Shown one piece after another: positions 25,353-38,350 of a DNA stretch of 64,000 bases. Source of the DNA: Eledone cirrhosa (Eukaryota); contig OZ024750.1 of assembly GCA_964016885.1 (NCBI GenBank), positions 36,704,001-36,768,000 of the forward strand, written 5' to 3'. A program made the translations under genes and the position numbers. How positions within the stretch are numbered: the first letter of the stretch is position 1; each line of letters starts with the position of its first letter. The notes under the pieces were generated by a model. The model was given only the letters and a program-made list of their open reading frames with translations. It did no database searches and was not told the DNA's origin.

Positions 25353-27177
25353 TTCTTATTATTATTATTATAATTATTATTATTATTGTTATTATTATAT
25401 ACATACAGAGACAAATATAAATACATATATATATATACATGCATATAAATATACACACACAGGCTCATATATATGTACACGTATATGAACACACACAGAC
25501 ACATATTCTTTGTAGAGTTGGAGAAAGGAGTGTTTAACTATAAAACTACCCCCCTACCAACCATCCATACACCTAAAAAAAGATACAAAGTATGAGTATG
25601 ATATTCAAAAGTTTATATGTGTATAACATGTTTCCAGTATGAGAAACCTTAACAAAGAGACTTATGTAACAAATATCTGTCATGGTGTAATATTTTCTCC
25701 TAAATGTTCAGAAGTAGACCTAGCTAGAAACTGAAAATAAAATAATATATTACTGAGTAAACCAATTTATTGAGGATTACTACAAGAATGTTTTATTAGA
25801 GTGAAGCAAGAATTTGGTGTTGTACTAGTCCTGACAATAAAAATAATTTATTATCTTGGATTCACCAAGTACAAAAGTAGAAAGAGCAATAAAATTATAT
25901 TTATTGAGTTCAGAAAAATAACATGAAACGACCTCCTAAAATTATTTGATCTTAATTTGATCATTACTGTTATGACCTTAACCAAGATCAAGGCAGTGAA
26001 ACGAAGTCATATTCTATAATATGAAGAATAAATCTTTATGATTAAAGTAGATATATAATATGAATGTCAACTTGTAATATTTTTATAGATCTAATTTTGC
26101 ACTTGTATTAGTACACAGACTATTGGAAAATGAATGTAATATTTGTAAATGCAACAGATCATTAATTATTTAACATCAAGCCAGAAAATGTTTCTAATTA
26201 GATTTTATGGTAATTCTTTTCACATCTGTAGCTGTTGAACTGGATATTTCCATAAAAATAAACTAACATTCTAATAGAAGGAAATAATGAAGTATGAAAT
26301 TAAAATGAAAATATTATAGCTGACGCATAAAGAAAAATATTTTGGAGGAAATCAATTTGAATAATTTATTGATAGATATCAACAATCAATTTTAATTGAA
26401 ATGGCAGTTTTATTTTCAGAATTATTCATTTTCCATTTTTCTTTAATTTTTGTAATGTTTATGCGTTACAGTGTTACAATTGAAAAATATTTCTTAATTA
26501 AAAAGTCATACAGTTGTGTATATATTAGAAATACAGGATATATTACACTTTCTCAGTTGATTAATATTATAATTTCCATAGAAGTAAAAGAGTAATGATG
26601 CTAATGACTAGTTTCATTGGCTGACTGCAACAATCCAGTCATTTGCTCAATAAATTGCCCACACAATGTAGCTAGAAGAGAAATCTGTAATGAACCAATT
26701 GAGAATTTTTATCATGTCTGCTTTCATTCTTTAATGTAATAGAGAGATAAAACCTGTCTAGTTAGTCGTTCTACTAGCTTTATACAGTTATTCACATAAA
26801 TCTATAAATCGGAACAAAACCTTTATAGTACAGTATTATTCTAGCTTCTATTTCACTCCATATATTATCTTACAAATACAAAATTAGTTAACTTAAGTAG
26901 AAATCTACCTTAAAATGAATTATGCAATGTGAGCAGAAATATAAAACTAAAGGTCAACAGTACAAATAGTTTAGCTTTTAACATCCTGAAATGATTTAGC
27001 AGTAAAATATCTAAAAAAATGTTTTCCTAATTGAAACGGTTCATATTTTTATTGGTGGATAGATTGTTGGGGAAATTTGTAGTATTAATGAAAACGCTTT
27101 AATATTTAATGGGATATATTTGACCTGAGCCCATCCACTGCCCAGTCATGTAAAGGTTTAAAGGACTCTTTAGTTGT

Positions 27178-27528
27178 ATCATCATCATAATTTTACATCC
27201 GCTTTTCCCTGCTTGCAAGGGTGGGATGGGAACTGATTCTGGCTTGGTTACAGTGAGTGCTGGGTGCTTTTTTTTCCATGGTGCCCACATGTCCACTTTA
27301 CAGTGTGGGCTGGGTGCTTTTGTTTTGCCGTGGCACCTCCACGACCACTTCGCAGTGGAATGATATGGACCCCAGTCCCTATCATCTCATTTCTACAGCT
27401 GAGTAAACTGGAGCAATGTGAAATAAAGTGTCTTGCTCAAAGAAACAACACATCACCCGGCTTGAGAATTGAACTCACAACCTTTCGATTTTAAGGCCAA
27501 TGCTCTAACCACTAAGCCATGTGCCTCC
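27178..27528 (-). mobile_element. SINE family A
   Basis: Consensus match with a small internal duplication and deletion. Confidence 0.85.
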
Positions 27529-28006
27529 ATCATAGACATGACAAATGCCCCTAGTGGTCATGTGCACCCAATACATACTGTAACATGGTGATAAAAGGGC
27601 ACCTAGCCATAGAAAACTTGCTAAACAAAAGGCCTGGAGAACTCTTCATGTATCAAAAACATCACAACATCTCTAGATTTGGTGTACATTCAATACATGC
27701 TGTAAGATCCAGATATAAAAAATCTGCTAAACAAAAAGTTCAGGACTTTTAATGTGTGTCAAGGACATAACAACACACCTAGTGTTGGTGCCAATTATAA
27801 ATGTTCCTGGCTCACCTGGAGGTCAGTGGTTTTGCTTGAGTATTGATTGGTCAATGATAGGACATCTAACCTTTGCTAGCAGGGAAGGTGGGACGCTTAA
27901 AGATGATAGTGATGATGATGACAATAATCTTGAAGTTGTATTTAGACACAGCAGTAAACTCCTTCAACTCCTACAATCAGCACCGAATTTGCCATTGTGC
28001 TTCTAA

Positions 28007-28310
28007 GGCAGCAAATTGGCAGAGTTGTTAAGACGTCAGATAGAATGATTTACGGTATTCGTCCCACCCTCATTGCGGGCTCTGAGTTCAAATCCTGCGG
28101 TGGTCAACTTTGCCTTTCATCCTTTCGAGGTCGATATAAAAAGTACCAGTCCTGTACTGGGGTTGAGTCTTCCTCTATAGAAAAAATTGGCTGTGTTCAG
28201 ACCTGGAGAAGGTTGGGCTCCACCAGGTTTAAAAGTGCCCTAGACGTGCCGTATGACGGTGCCTCTATGACTTCACAAGACATTATGGGATCTTTATCCT
28301 TAGCTGTGCC
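28007..28310 (+). mobile_element. SINE B variant with alternative 3' tail; second copy minus at ~53108-53405
   Basis: B-like head and core followed by gtgttcagacct...agtgccctagac...gggatctttatcc, shared by both loci. Confidence 0.7.
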
Positions 28311-28334
28311 CTGTTGGCCTTGAAGGATATCTCT

Positions 28335-29020
28335 ATGCAATACAAGAACAAGAAATCCCTACAAAATATCTGCTACATAAAAGAAGAGGGCCATCAGTCG
28401 ACAATAAATGTAGGCTTTGTTAAAAAAAATCTAAGATGTTAGCCACATTGTTGCCAAGCGAAAGAATGTTGTCTCGCCACTACCTTCCTATGAGACACGA
28501 TGCGATAGAATTATCTGGAGCGCACTTAGGAAAACAAAATTTTAAAAAAATGAGGAGGAATATGTTAAGATTGATGACACTAAAGAATACTGGTGGAACC
28601 TGAAAATAAAAATTGCCACCAAATTAAAGCACAACTGGCCTGATATTGTTATTTGGGACCACACATTAAAAACATGCTCTGTTGTAGAGATCAGTTGTCA
28701 ACGTTGTAAGAAAAATACAAAAGAAGGAGGACATCTACAAGCCATTTATGAGGAATTTGCAGATCCAGTATCCAAGATACACCTTCAGCTTCATACCATG
28801 GAGCTACAGGTTATACGCTTGAACCAAAGTATAACTGAACTCGGATTTGTGGACAAAGAGCGCAGCTTCCTAATTCATAGACTACAAATGGCTGCGATAG
28901 GTGGCACCTTCAAAATTTGCAAAACATTCTTGTAATTCAAGGGATGACAATTTCTTTTCTTTTACAACCTTGCCACCAGGAAGGTGGCCTGTCAAAAATG
29001 TACTCGAAATTAAGAGAGAG
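28335..29020 (+). mobile_element. Degenerate R4/Dong-like RLE LINE 3' fragment
   Basis: IQEQEIPTKY...CRLC, RHD, YWWNLKI...HNWPDIVIWD...VVEISC, GTFKICKTFL*. Confidence 0.7.
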
Positions 29021-29037
29021 ACATACATACATACATG

Positions 29038-29525
29038 GTGGCTGCCAACTCGTTTTCGAGTACGGCCACTACTTTACATCCATGTAGGATAACCCCTACC
29101 GAAGCGCTGAACGAGTGTGACTTTTTAGTCCAGCCAGCGACTTGAAACCTCTGGTACAAACACTACACCTGTGACAATTATTGACACATAGTGCTGGGCC
29201 CATGGTAGGACAACTATTGACACATAGTGCTGGGCCCATGTGAGGACAAGTGCAGAGAGATCTCCACATATAAAGCAATGCCTGTGCCGTGAAGCTTTTA
29301 TAGTGAGCAAAGGCACTGCACAAAGCCAGTCCCACTCTCTTAACCAAAATGATATTTACCAAAAAGAAGAACAAGTCAACATCATTGGATACCATCAGGG
29401 TTGCAGGTGTTATATCAGTTTTCCTTCTCCTAGAATTCTGCCTTGACAAAGGCTAAGGGGTCATCTCTCCTGGTGATTTTGGATGGCCATTGACTCTTAA
29501 GAGCTCCTTTGCCCTTTGACAGGTT
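29038..29525 (-). mobile_element. Non-autonomous bipartite RTE derivative, 5'-truncated
   Basis: Near-identical to 43296-43848; ends in a C2H2-like CSVCTRGFKSLAGLKSH segment and (ATGT)n. Confidence 0.65.
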
Positions 29526-30279
29526 TTGACATACATACATACATACATACATACATACATACATACATACATACATGCATACATTATAAAATTAATGAAG
29601 ATCACTGGTATTGAGTCAATGTTCTGCAGCCAACATCTAGCTCACTCAATGAATCTGCCAAATTATAGTAATGCTGTTGCAATCAGCTGTTCAGATTTAG
29701 TTAATAGCAGACGTGGTGTCTTTGGTAGAGATAAAAGTAAACATCTCAACTCCTGAAGGATATCATTTCTGTGCAACATAACTTCACAAATGCAGATATT
29801 ACATCCACAATGTTCAGAAAATCACACAATATCAGCAGATATTTATGTAACCAGGCTATTACATATCTTCAGCAGGGTTGACCAAGTCATAAGATAGGTC
29901 TATGCAGTGTCTGTTAGTGGATAAGGTATCCAGCTGTTCTTGGCATTCTCACAGTGCATCTAATGAAAAAGAGGAAGAATTCTAAAACACGTGATTTAGT
30001 GGTTGAATTCTAACAAAGGAATTTGTGTCAATATATATATATATATAAACACTTACAAGGATACTCCAAATTCATTGGATTCTTACCTTGAAAATGGACT
30101 TCACCCAGACTTTACCTTAACTTCTACCTGGATATCTTCCCAGATCACTAGACATTTTGCATTATACAACTCACCACCACTTTCAATTCACCATTCTCTT
30201 CTGACTATTGTTTTCTCACTATTATCTTCTCACCATTATCTTCTCACCATCTTCATATAACTATTGTCTTCCCTTTTAA

Positions 30280-30700
30280 CGCTTTAGTGGCCAGAAATCT
30301 CTTTACTGGCCAGAAATCTCTCAGCTTTTTCTGTTCAAACTGGCCATAACCAGCTACTCATACTGATGTTAAGGTATGGTTCTCAAAATAAATAATTGTT
30401 TCTACTTTAGGCACAAGGCCAGCAACTATCCAGTGCATTACTGGTACTTTATTTTATCGACCCCGTAAGGATGAAAGGCAAAGTCAACCTTGGCGGGATT
30501 TGAACTCAGATCGTAAAGGGACGTAACTATGCTGGAAAGCATGGTGTCTGACCCTCTACCGATACTGCCAATCCACCGCCCTTCAAAATAAATAATATCA
30601 ACATCTTGTAGATTAGATATTATATGAAATAATTATGTAACATAAAGTGTTTACCATGAAAATACAATAGTATATATAGAGTAATGTAAATGCTAAAGGG
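30280..30700 (-). mobile_element. piggyBac-like MITE D with nested SINE B (30394-30581, minus)
   Basis: TTAA at both ends, aatgctaaaggg terminus; SINE TSD tcaaaataaataat. Confidence 0.8.
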
Positions 30701-30787
30701 TTAAACCTCGTTTCAAAAAAAATTTCTTCCCGTTCCTTTCTCTTTTCACTCTCTATCTTTCTATTTCTTTTTTTTATTTCTTATTCT

Positions 30788-30825
30788 GTTTTCTGACGAA
30801 GAACTAGTATCTGAAATGTTAAGAC
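30788..30825 (+). ncRNA. Minimal hammerhead motif (family H2)
   Basis: gtttt CTGACGA aga-actagta-tct GAAA tg T T aagac. Confidence 0.5.
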
Positions 30826-30920
30826 TCTTTTCCTACCATATCAAGAATTAAACTAATATATCTCTTCATTGTACTGTGTTGTTTGCTTTGCTGTTTCCAT
30901 TTAATTTTCGCATTCATTCA

Positions 30921-30968
<48 letters not shown>

Positions 30969-30999
30969 AACAAAAGATGGTTAAAAGAGTTCCATGTAT

Positions 31000-31064
31000 T
31001 TTATTATGCGCATTTCAAAAACAAATATCATCATGCAATAATATTTGTGTTTTCATCAGATAAA
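31000..31064 (-). ncRNA. Type I hammerhead motif (H1-like), inverted copy
   Basis: Reverse complement of 31142-31206. Confidence 0.65.
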
Positions 31065-31141
31065 ACAGGAAGACATGATATGAAGGTTAAAAAACACTTG
31101 TGGATAGTGCAGTTTTAAATCAACATATGTTGATTTAAATG

Positions 31142-31206
31142 TTTATCTGATGAAAACACAAATATTATTGCATGGTGATATTTGTTTTTGAAATGCGCAT
31201 AATAAA
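31142..31206 (+). ncRNA. Type I hammerhead motif (H1-like)
   Basis: tttat CTGATGA aaacacaaatatta..tgatatttgttttt GAA ATGCGCAT A ataaa; perfect palindromic stem III. Confidence 0.65.
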
Positions 31207-32666
31207 ATACATGGAACTCTTTTAACCATCTTTTGTTCTTATATATTATGTATACTCCAGTCCTACAAACTGTAGAGTGCTTCTTATCCGATATCTGCAT
31301 TGCTTTATTGTACTACCATAAAACTCACCTCCTACATATATATATATATATATATTTGTGTGTGTGTGTGTGTGTATAATAATAATAATGTTTCTACGTT
31401 TGGCACAAGGCCAGCAATTACCCCAGTAATATGTAATTAAGTTTGTGTATGATGCAATACTGATTCTTTGTTCCCAATATTATTATTATTGATACTCTGC
31501 TCCCCACGAACATAAAGTACTCAGCTTGGCAGACTGCCTAGAGACTCATTTTATTTGCACTTTTAATACTTATATATATATACATATATACATACATATA
31601 TATATATGTGTGTGTCAGTATACATAGATGATATCTATAATACATACATTAAAGCTGATGGAGAAAAAACAGATGAGATGTTGGAAGATTGATAGAATTA
31701 GGAAAACCATAGATAAACTGAATCACCAGGATATTCTTCATCTATTTATGATTATGGATGACATTTAAACACTTTTCTTCCAGTTCTGTCTGACCTTTTT
31801 TTATGTTTTATGATTTTCTACATCCTTTGATTGACTGAAAATACATTATAAATCATGAAATATTTATATTTGCTTTACAAAATGTTAGAATCTGTCACTG
31901 AAGATGTTGTATATATTAGTATTTAGTTTAAAAAATAAAACCAGCTTTACAGTTTAAATGTTGGTAGTATTCTCATATTTTCAATTACGATCTGTTTAAA
32001 GCTACTGCTTCTGGCACTATTTCAGGAGTTTAATTCAGTTGTTTAATTAAATGTCTTTAAAGAATTTGTTTTATATGAATACACAATCACATTATACTGA
32101 TTGTTATGAAGTAAATGATATTGAAAAAAAATCATCATTAACATCATCATGGTCTCCTAACTTTCAGAGATGTTGGGTCACTGCAGTGTCAAATCCTGCT
32201 CCAACTGCCTCCCTCTCTGGTGATCATGGACAAGTGCTTCGGTTGTGGCAAAGTTCTTCATCGTCCAATCCACTGCTTCCTCTGTTCACCCCGCCTTCTC
32301 TTATGATTATATTTATTCTATTTCATAAGTAAACCTCAGGTTATAGCAAATAATTTGAAAGAAGTGATTTCGATTTTCTTTTATTTTAAATTTAAAAATT
32401 TTATAACATATTTTGTGAAAAATCTCATTAATTCTTAGAGATTTGTAATGAGCTAATCTCTGGTTCACTGTAGTTACTATTGTGAGAGGGAGTAGTAAGT
32501 GTTTAGAAAGCTTGGGTGGAACAAATATAGTTTGGTATTTCACCCATCATCAGCAAAAGATATACACACAGCAAATATATTAGAGTATTGAGTAATATAT
32601 ATACGGACCTGTTATTTTTCCAATTCCACCCCACCTGTCCCTTCAATCTATCTTATTTCTCATTCT

Positions 32667-32704
32667 TTCTTCTGATGAAGGACTAGCGTCCGAAATGTTA
32701 AGAA
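32667..32704 (+). ncRNA. Minimal hammerhead motif (family H2)
   Basis: ttctt CTGATGA a ggac-tagc-gtcc GAAA tg T T aagaa; resembles the Penelope-type minimal HHR (GAAACGUU with CpG decay). Confidence 0.65.
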
Positions 32705-33197
32705 CCTCTTCTTGCTATTTCAAGCATTAACATAATATATTCCTTCCATATAATGTACCGGTTGTTTTGTTATTTCTGTTTACCTTTATATATATATATA
32801 TATATATAGTAAACGTAGTTGGTGTTAGGAAGGGCATCCAGCTGTAAAATACCCAGCCAAATTTATTTACAGTCCTTGCTGGAGCAAGGTGTGACACATG
32901 GTCAATCTTGGCCAGACTTGCCTCACGGAAATGATGATGATGATCATCATCATCATTTCATTTTATGTCCGCTTTCCCCTGCTTGCAAGGGTGGGACGGG
33001 AACTGATTCTGGCTTGATTTCTACAGCTGGATGCCTACAGCTGGATTTCTACATGCACACATATATATATATGAACGTATGGGTTTACCGAACATTTATT
33101 TATTATAATGTTCGGTTTGTTGTAAACAAACAGCCCGAATTATGCCGTACAGTGCTCGGCAATGATCGTTGCCCTTTTGTTCAACACTGACACAGGA

Positions 33198-33240
33198 ACG
33201 ATGTACTAGTTTCAAGCTTATTAGCTATCGTTAGCATCGT
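33198..33240 (-). ncRNA. Hammerhead motif with core G5A substitution (probably inactive)
   Basis: acgatg CTAACGA tagct-aata-agctt GAA ACTAGT A catcgt, inside a TA-flanked ~230-bp element. Confidence 0.55.
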
Positions 33241-33293
33241 ATACCTTTCTTTCAGATTATTGAACGTTTGAAAAATTTGATTGTTTTATATTT

Positions 33294-33345
<52 letters not shown>

Positions 33346-34748
33346 CACATACATACACACACACACACAGCAGATATATTAGTGTATTAAATGATATATA
33401 TATATATACACAGTAGCTATATTAGACTATTGAATGATAAATATGTATATATACACACAGAGCAGATATATTAGGCTATTAGGTGATATATATATACACA
33501 GCTGATGTATTAGATTATTAAATGATATGCACAGTAGGCGTATTAGACAATTGAATAATATATACACCCAGCAGACTATTAAGTAGGACCAATCTAATGT
33601 TGAACTGGCAGAATCATTAGAGAACTATTTGTTTCATCTCTTTGCATTTAGAATTCAAATCCTGCCCTGGTCTATTTAGATTGTAGACTTAATCCCTCAC
33701 TCAGTTTAACACCATCACATGGCTTGTGGGTGGTTTTAATGGAGTCCACTCTATTGTAAATATTCAGGATGGGTCAACTGTTTAAGTACATCTTCCTCCC
33801 AGTCACCACCCAGTACTCTTGAAGGCTCCTAGGTATTGCATTTCTCCCTGAATAACTGATAACTACGTTTACCAGCTCCAGTTACAGTCAATAGATGTAT
33901 AAACCTCTGCACTCTTAATGAATGTTTCAGTGAGCAAAATCTGAAAACGGATTTAAATGGTGTAATTTTTGTTGTTTGATGAACACGTGGTGTTTATTCA
34001 TTATTATTTTTTTTTATTTTACAAAATTGTTTACTGATTGTAATCTTGATTAAAAACATGTCAAATTTCCTCTACCATACAAAAAATAAATAAATAAAAA
34101 TAAAACAAATCTTTCTTCCATTACTGATAACTTCATACTCTATAGAATCCATATACTATTTCTTTTTAGTAAAGACTGATAGTCGAAATTAAATTGTAAC
34201 AAATTTTAATGAGTTCAATAGTATCTTTAGTTCACAATTAGCTTATCTATTTGTGTGCATTTGTGTGAGACATAAATGTATTATCATTTCTAAAGCTGTT
34301 GTTGCATTATCAGTTAGAAAAAAAAAGTCTATTATAAGCTAAAATTTTCATGTATTATTCATTCATTTTATTTGTGAAAATATAATTAACTGTCAGTGAC
34401 TGAAACATTTGTTGAGAATTTTCTCAAGAGAATGAAACCTTACATTTTATCTTTAAAATATTTCACTTTCTCTCTTTTATTTTGAAGCATACACAAAGTT
34501 AGAGAGTATTTATATTAACATGAAATCCTTTGTAAAAAAAAAAAAATATATAAATGAAACGTAAAAACTTTGTTTTTAAATATCTAAATATTTTTTATCA
34601 TTTTTAATGTATGTGTGTGTTGAGAGAAAGTAAATTAAATTTGAAATAGTAAACATTGTGTTGGAAACATGCATGAAGATGAAGATAAATAAAACCCTCT
34701 CCAAGATGAATATTATTTCAAATTAGACTTCATTATGTGTATCAAATA

Positions 34749-35338
34749 GGGCGGTGGATTGGCAGTATCGGTAGAGGGTCGGACGCCATGCTTTCCAGCA
34801 TAGTTACGTCCCTTTACAATCTGAGTTCAAATCCCACCGAGGTTAACTTTGCCTTTTATCCTTACGAGGTCGATAAAATAAAGTACCAGTAATGAACTGG
34901 GTAATTGCTGGCCTTGTGCCTAAAGTAGAAACAATTATGTGTATCAAATGTACCGGTAGAGGGTCGGACGTCATGCTTTGACGCAAAGAGTTACGGCCCT
35001 TTCTATTCTGAGTTCAAATCCCGCTGAGGTTAACTTTGCCTTTCATCCTTACGGGGTCGGTCGATAAAATAAAGTACCAGTAATGTACTGGGTAATTGCT
35101 GGCCTTGTGCCAAAAGTAGAAGCAATTATGTGTATCAAGACAGTAGAGCAAATAATTGTTTCTACTTTAGGCACAAGGCCAGCAATTACCCAGTGCATTA
35201 CTGGTTCTTTATTTTATCGACCCCGTAAGGATGAAAGGCAAAGTCAACCTCGGCGGGATTTGAACTCGGATCGTAAAGGGACGTAACTATGCTGGAAAGC
35301 ATGGCGTCCGACTCTCTACCGATACTGCCAATCCACCG
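34749..35338. mobile_element. Three SINE B copies: + 34749-34938, + 34950-35128, - 35154-35338
   Basis: Consensus matches; TSDs attatgtgtatcaa (three times) and gacagtagagcaaataat. Confidence 0.9.
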
Positions 35339-35461
35339 ACAGTAGAGCAAATAATATAAGTAAGAAATGCTTAATATAGTTTAGAAGTGTCAATGAGTTA
35401 TGTTCATGAAATTAACCCAAAATTTAATCAAAAACAATATTTAGAATCACAAGCAACTTAA

Positions 35462-35683
35462 CCCGTTACTCTATATTTACTCTTATATTTTTATGGTAAA
35501 CACTTTATTTCCCTTAATTATCTCACATAATTATCTAATATAATATCAAATCTATGAGATTTTGATATTATTTATTTTGAGAACAATACCTTAACATTAC
35601 TATGAGTGGCTGGTTACAGCTGGTTTAAACAGAGAGACGTGAAATAATTCTGGCCGTATCCGGCCAGATTGAATGCTAAAGGG
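35462..35683 (+). mobile_element. piggyBac-like MITE D
   Basis: TTAA-ccc ... aatgctaaaggg-TTAA. Confidence 0.75.
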
Positions 35684-35767
35684 TTAAAAGAAAATGTATT
35701 CTTAACAAAATCTTTGTATCATTTTTTGCTAGAACAACATTTTGGTAGAACAACATTTTGGTTGTTT

Positions 35768-36055
35768 CATCATCATCATCATCTTCGTTTAACGTCTATC
35801 TTCCATGCTAGCATGCGTTAGAGGGGAGTTGTCCCACTTGAGGCAAGGTTGGTCGGGTAACCGTGTCTCGCTCATATAGGACTATCTGGCAGGTTTTCTA
35901 CGGCTGGATGCCCTTCCTAACACCAACCACATTTACAGTGTGGAACTGGGAACTTTTTACTGTTACCTACACGGCCACATTACAGCTGTGTGTGTTTTTT
36001 TGTTGTGACACCTACACAACCTCGATCTCAATCTCATTTATTTGGACTGGATGTT
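35768..36055 (-). mobile_element. Family C (RTE 3' UTR / SINE-tail) copy; others at 38350-38750, 40580-40995, 43990-44385, 63145-63415
   Basis: Shared gtttaacgtc...tggatgcccttcctaacaccaaccacatttacagtgtgg...gacacctacac body with (CAT)n tail. Confidence 0.75.
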
Positions 36056-36079
36056 TCTTATATTGAATATAACTGAAAA

Positions 36080-36740
36080 ACCATACATAATAGAGCAGCT
36101 TTACACTCAATGTTTCATAAAGTGTCAGCTGAAATTATCATACACTAACCAAGATACCCTCATAGAATGACCAAATGCTGTTTATTTTTCAACATAGTTC
36201 CTGGAAAGAAACAATGCATTTATTAATAAGAAGAGTTGAAATTAATGTATGTAAGATTTCACAGCTCTAGCATCACTCCTTCATAGTTGGCCTATGAACT
36301 TTTCAACCTACCCTCATATGTGTGTGAGTATATATATATCCGACTATGAAGGAGTGATGCTAGAGCTGTGAAATCTTACATACATTAATTTCAACTCTTC
36401 TTATTAATAAATGCATTGTTTCTTTCCAGGAACTATGTTGAAAAATAAACAGCATTTGGTCATTCCATGAAAGTATCTTGGTCAGCGTATAAACGTTTCT
36501 GCTGACCATTGCATATATAGAAAAATAAACCTCATTTGCTCATTCCATGAGGGTATCTTGGTTAGTGTATGATAATTTCAGCTGACACTTTATGAAACAT
36601 TGAGTGTAAAGCTGCTCTATTATGTATGGGCAGCCTATGAACTTTTCAGCCGACCTTCATATATAGAAAAATAAACCTCATTTGGTCATTACATGAGAGT
36701 ATCCTGGTCAGTCTCGAAACTTTTTAGACGACCATCATAT
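36080..36740. mobile_element. Rearranged mariner-type MITE with inverted duplication
   Basis: gcctatgaacttttca.c..accctcata TIR-like ends at ~36290-36318 and ~36633-36661; 36081-36290 is reverse-complemented in 36341-36630. Confidence 0.55.
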
Positions 36741-36928
36741 ATCTAAATTTCAAGTAGAATACATATAACGTTTCCTTGTTATAATTCATTGGTTCTCCTG
36801 AATTCCTGTGGATTCAAATGTAAATAATTTACCTAATGATATGCATGAGGTATTGAAGGCTTATCAAAATGACATTTTCTGTGGAATAAACAAGATAATT
36901 TGAAAAATCTTCTGAAGAAGCAATTGTA

Positions 36929-37134
36929 CAGAGTGGTCTGAAAGTCATATCACCCCCCTACCAAAAAGTAATGAGAAACAGTTTATGTTTCCATCGCAGT
37001 ATCGTCAGAGCTGGTTTGCCGAATCTTGCAGTGAAGTCATGTCACACATCCTCCATGCTCTTGCCAGAATGCACACGATCTTGTGTCCATACACTTGCAA
37101 GCAGCCTCTCTTCCAGCTCTGAAATAGAAAATTA

Positions 37135-37177
<43 letters not shown>

Positions 37178-37578
37178 TATAATTAATAATATTATATATT
37201 ATATTGTTAAATCAAAAAATAATTGTTTCTACTTTAGGCACAAGGCCAGCAAATACCCAGTGCATTACTGGTACTTTATTTTATCGACCCCTTAAGGATG
37301 AAAGGCAAAGTAAACCTCGGCGGGATTTGAACTCAGACCATAAAGGGACGTAACTATGCTGGAAAGCATGGCGTCCGACTCTAAAAAATAATTGTTTCTA
37401 CTTTTGGCACAAGGCCAGCAATTAGCCAGTGTATTATTGGTACTTTATTTTATCGACCCCGTAAGGATGAAAGGCAAAGTTAACTTTGGCGGGATTTGAG
37501 CTCAGAAAGGCAAGGGCCAAAATAATGAAAGTTAAAACAATATGTGACAAGGGGTGACAAGACTTTCAGACCACTCTG
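36929..37578. mobile_element. Tc1/mariner non-autonomous element with two nested SINE B copies (37219-37520, minus)
   Basis: TA cagagtggtctgaaagtc ... gactttcagaccactctg TA. Confidence 0.8.
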
Positions 37579-38011
37579 TATTTCACAAAATCCTCTTCCA
37601 AACATGAAATAACTCCTTCGTTTTGGGTTGAACAAATAAGAAAACAAAAATACTGAAGAATTCATTAGAATGAAATTAGAATTTTTATTAAAGTAATACA
37701 AAACTTTGAAGGCAAGACTGATACTGCTACTTAAAAGAGCTGCACACCTTAATTGCAATAGAAACAGTGAGGGGAATGCTAAATATTCAGTCTTTTTTAA
37801 GAAAACATTAATCACAATATTTTATAACAGTGATGTATTTGATTCTACATATTACATTCTGGTAAAGCTTAAAGTGTATAATCTGGGTAATACTGTCATC
37901 ATTTTCTTATAGCTTTCTCTTTCTTGACATGAACAGAAGAAGATGTTTGAACAAAACACACCTATTTTTCTATCCCTGTATCTATCTATCTATCTATCTA
38001 TCTCTCTCTCT

Positions 38012-38350
<339 letters not shown>

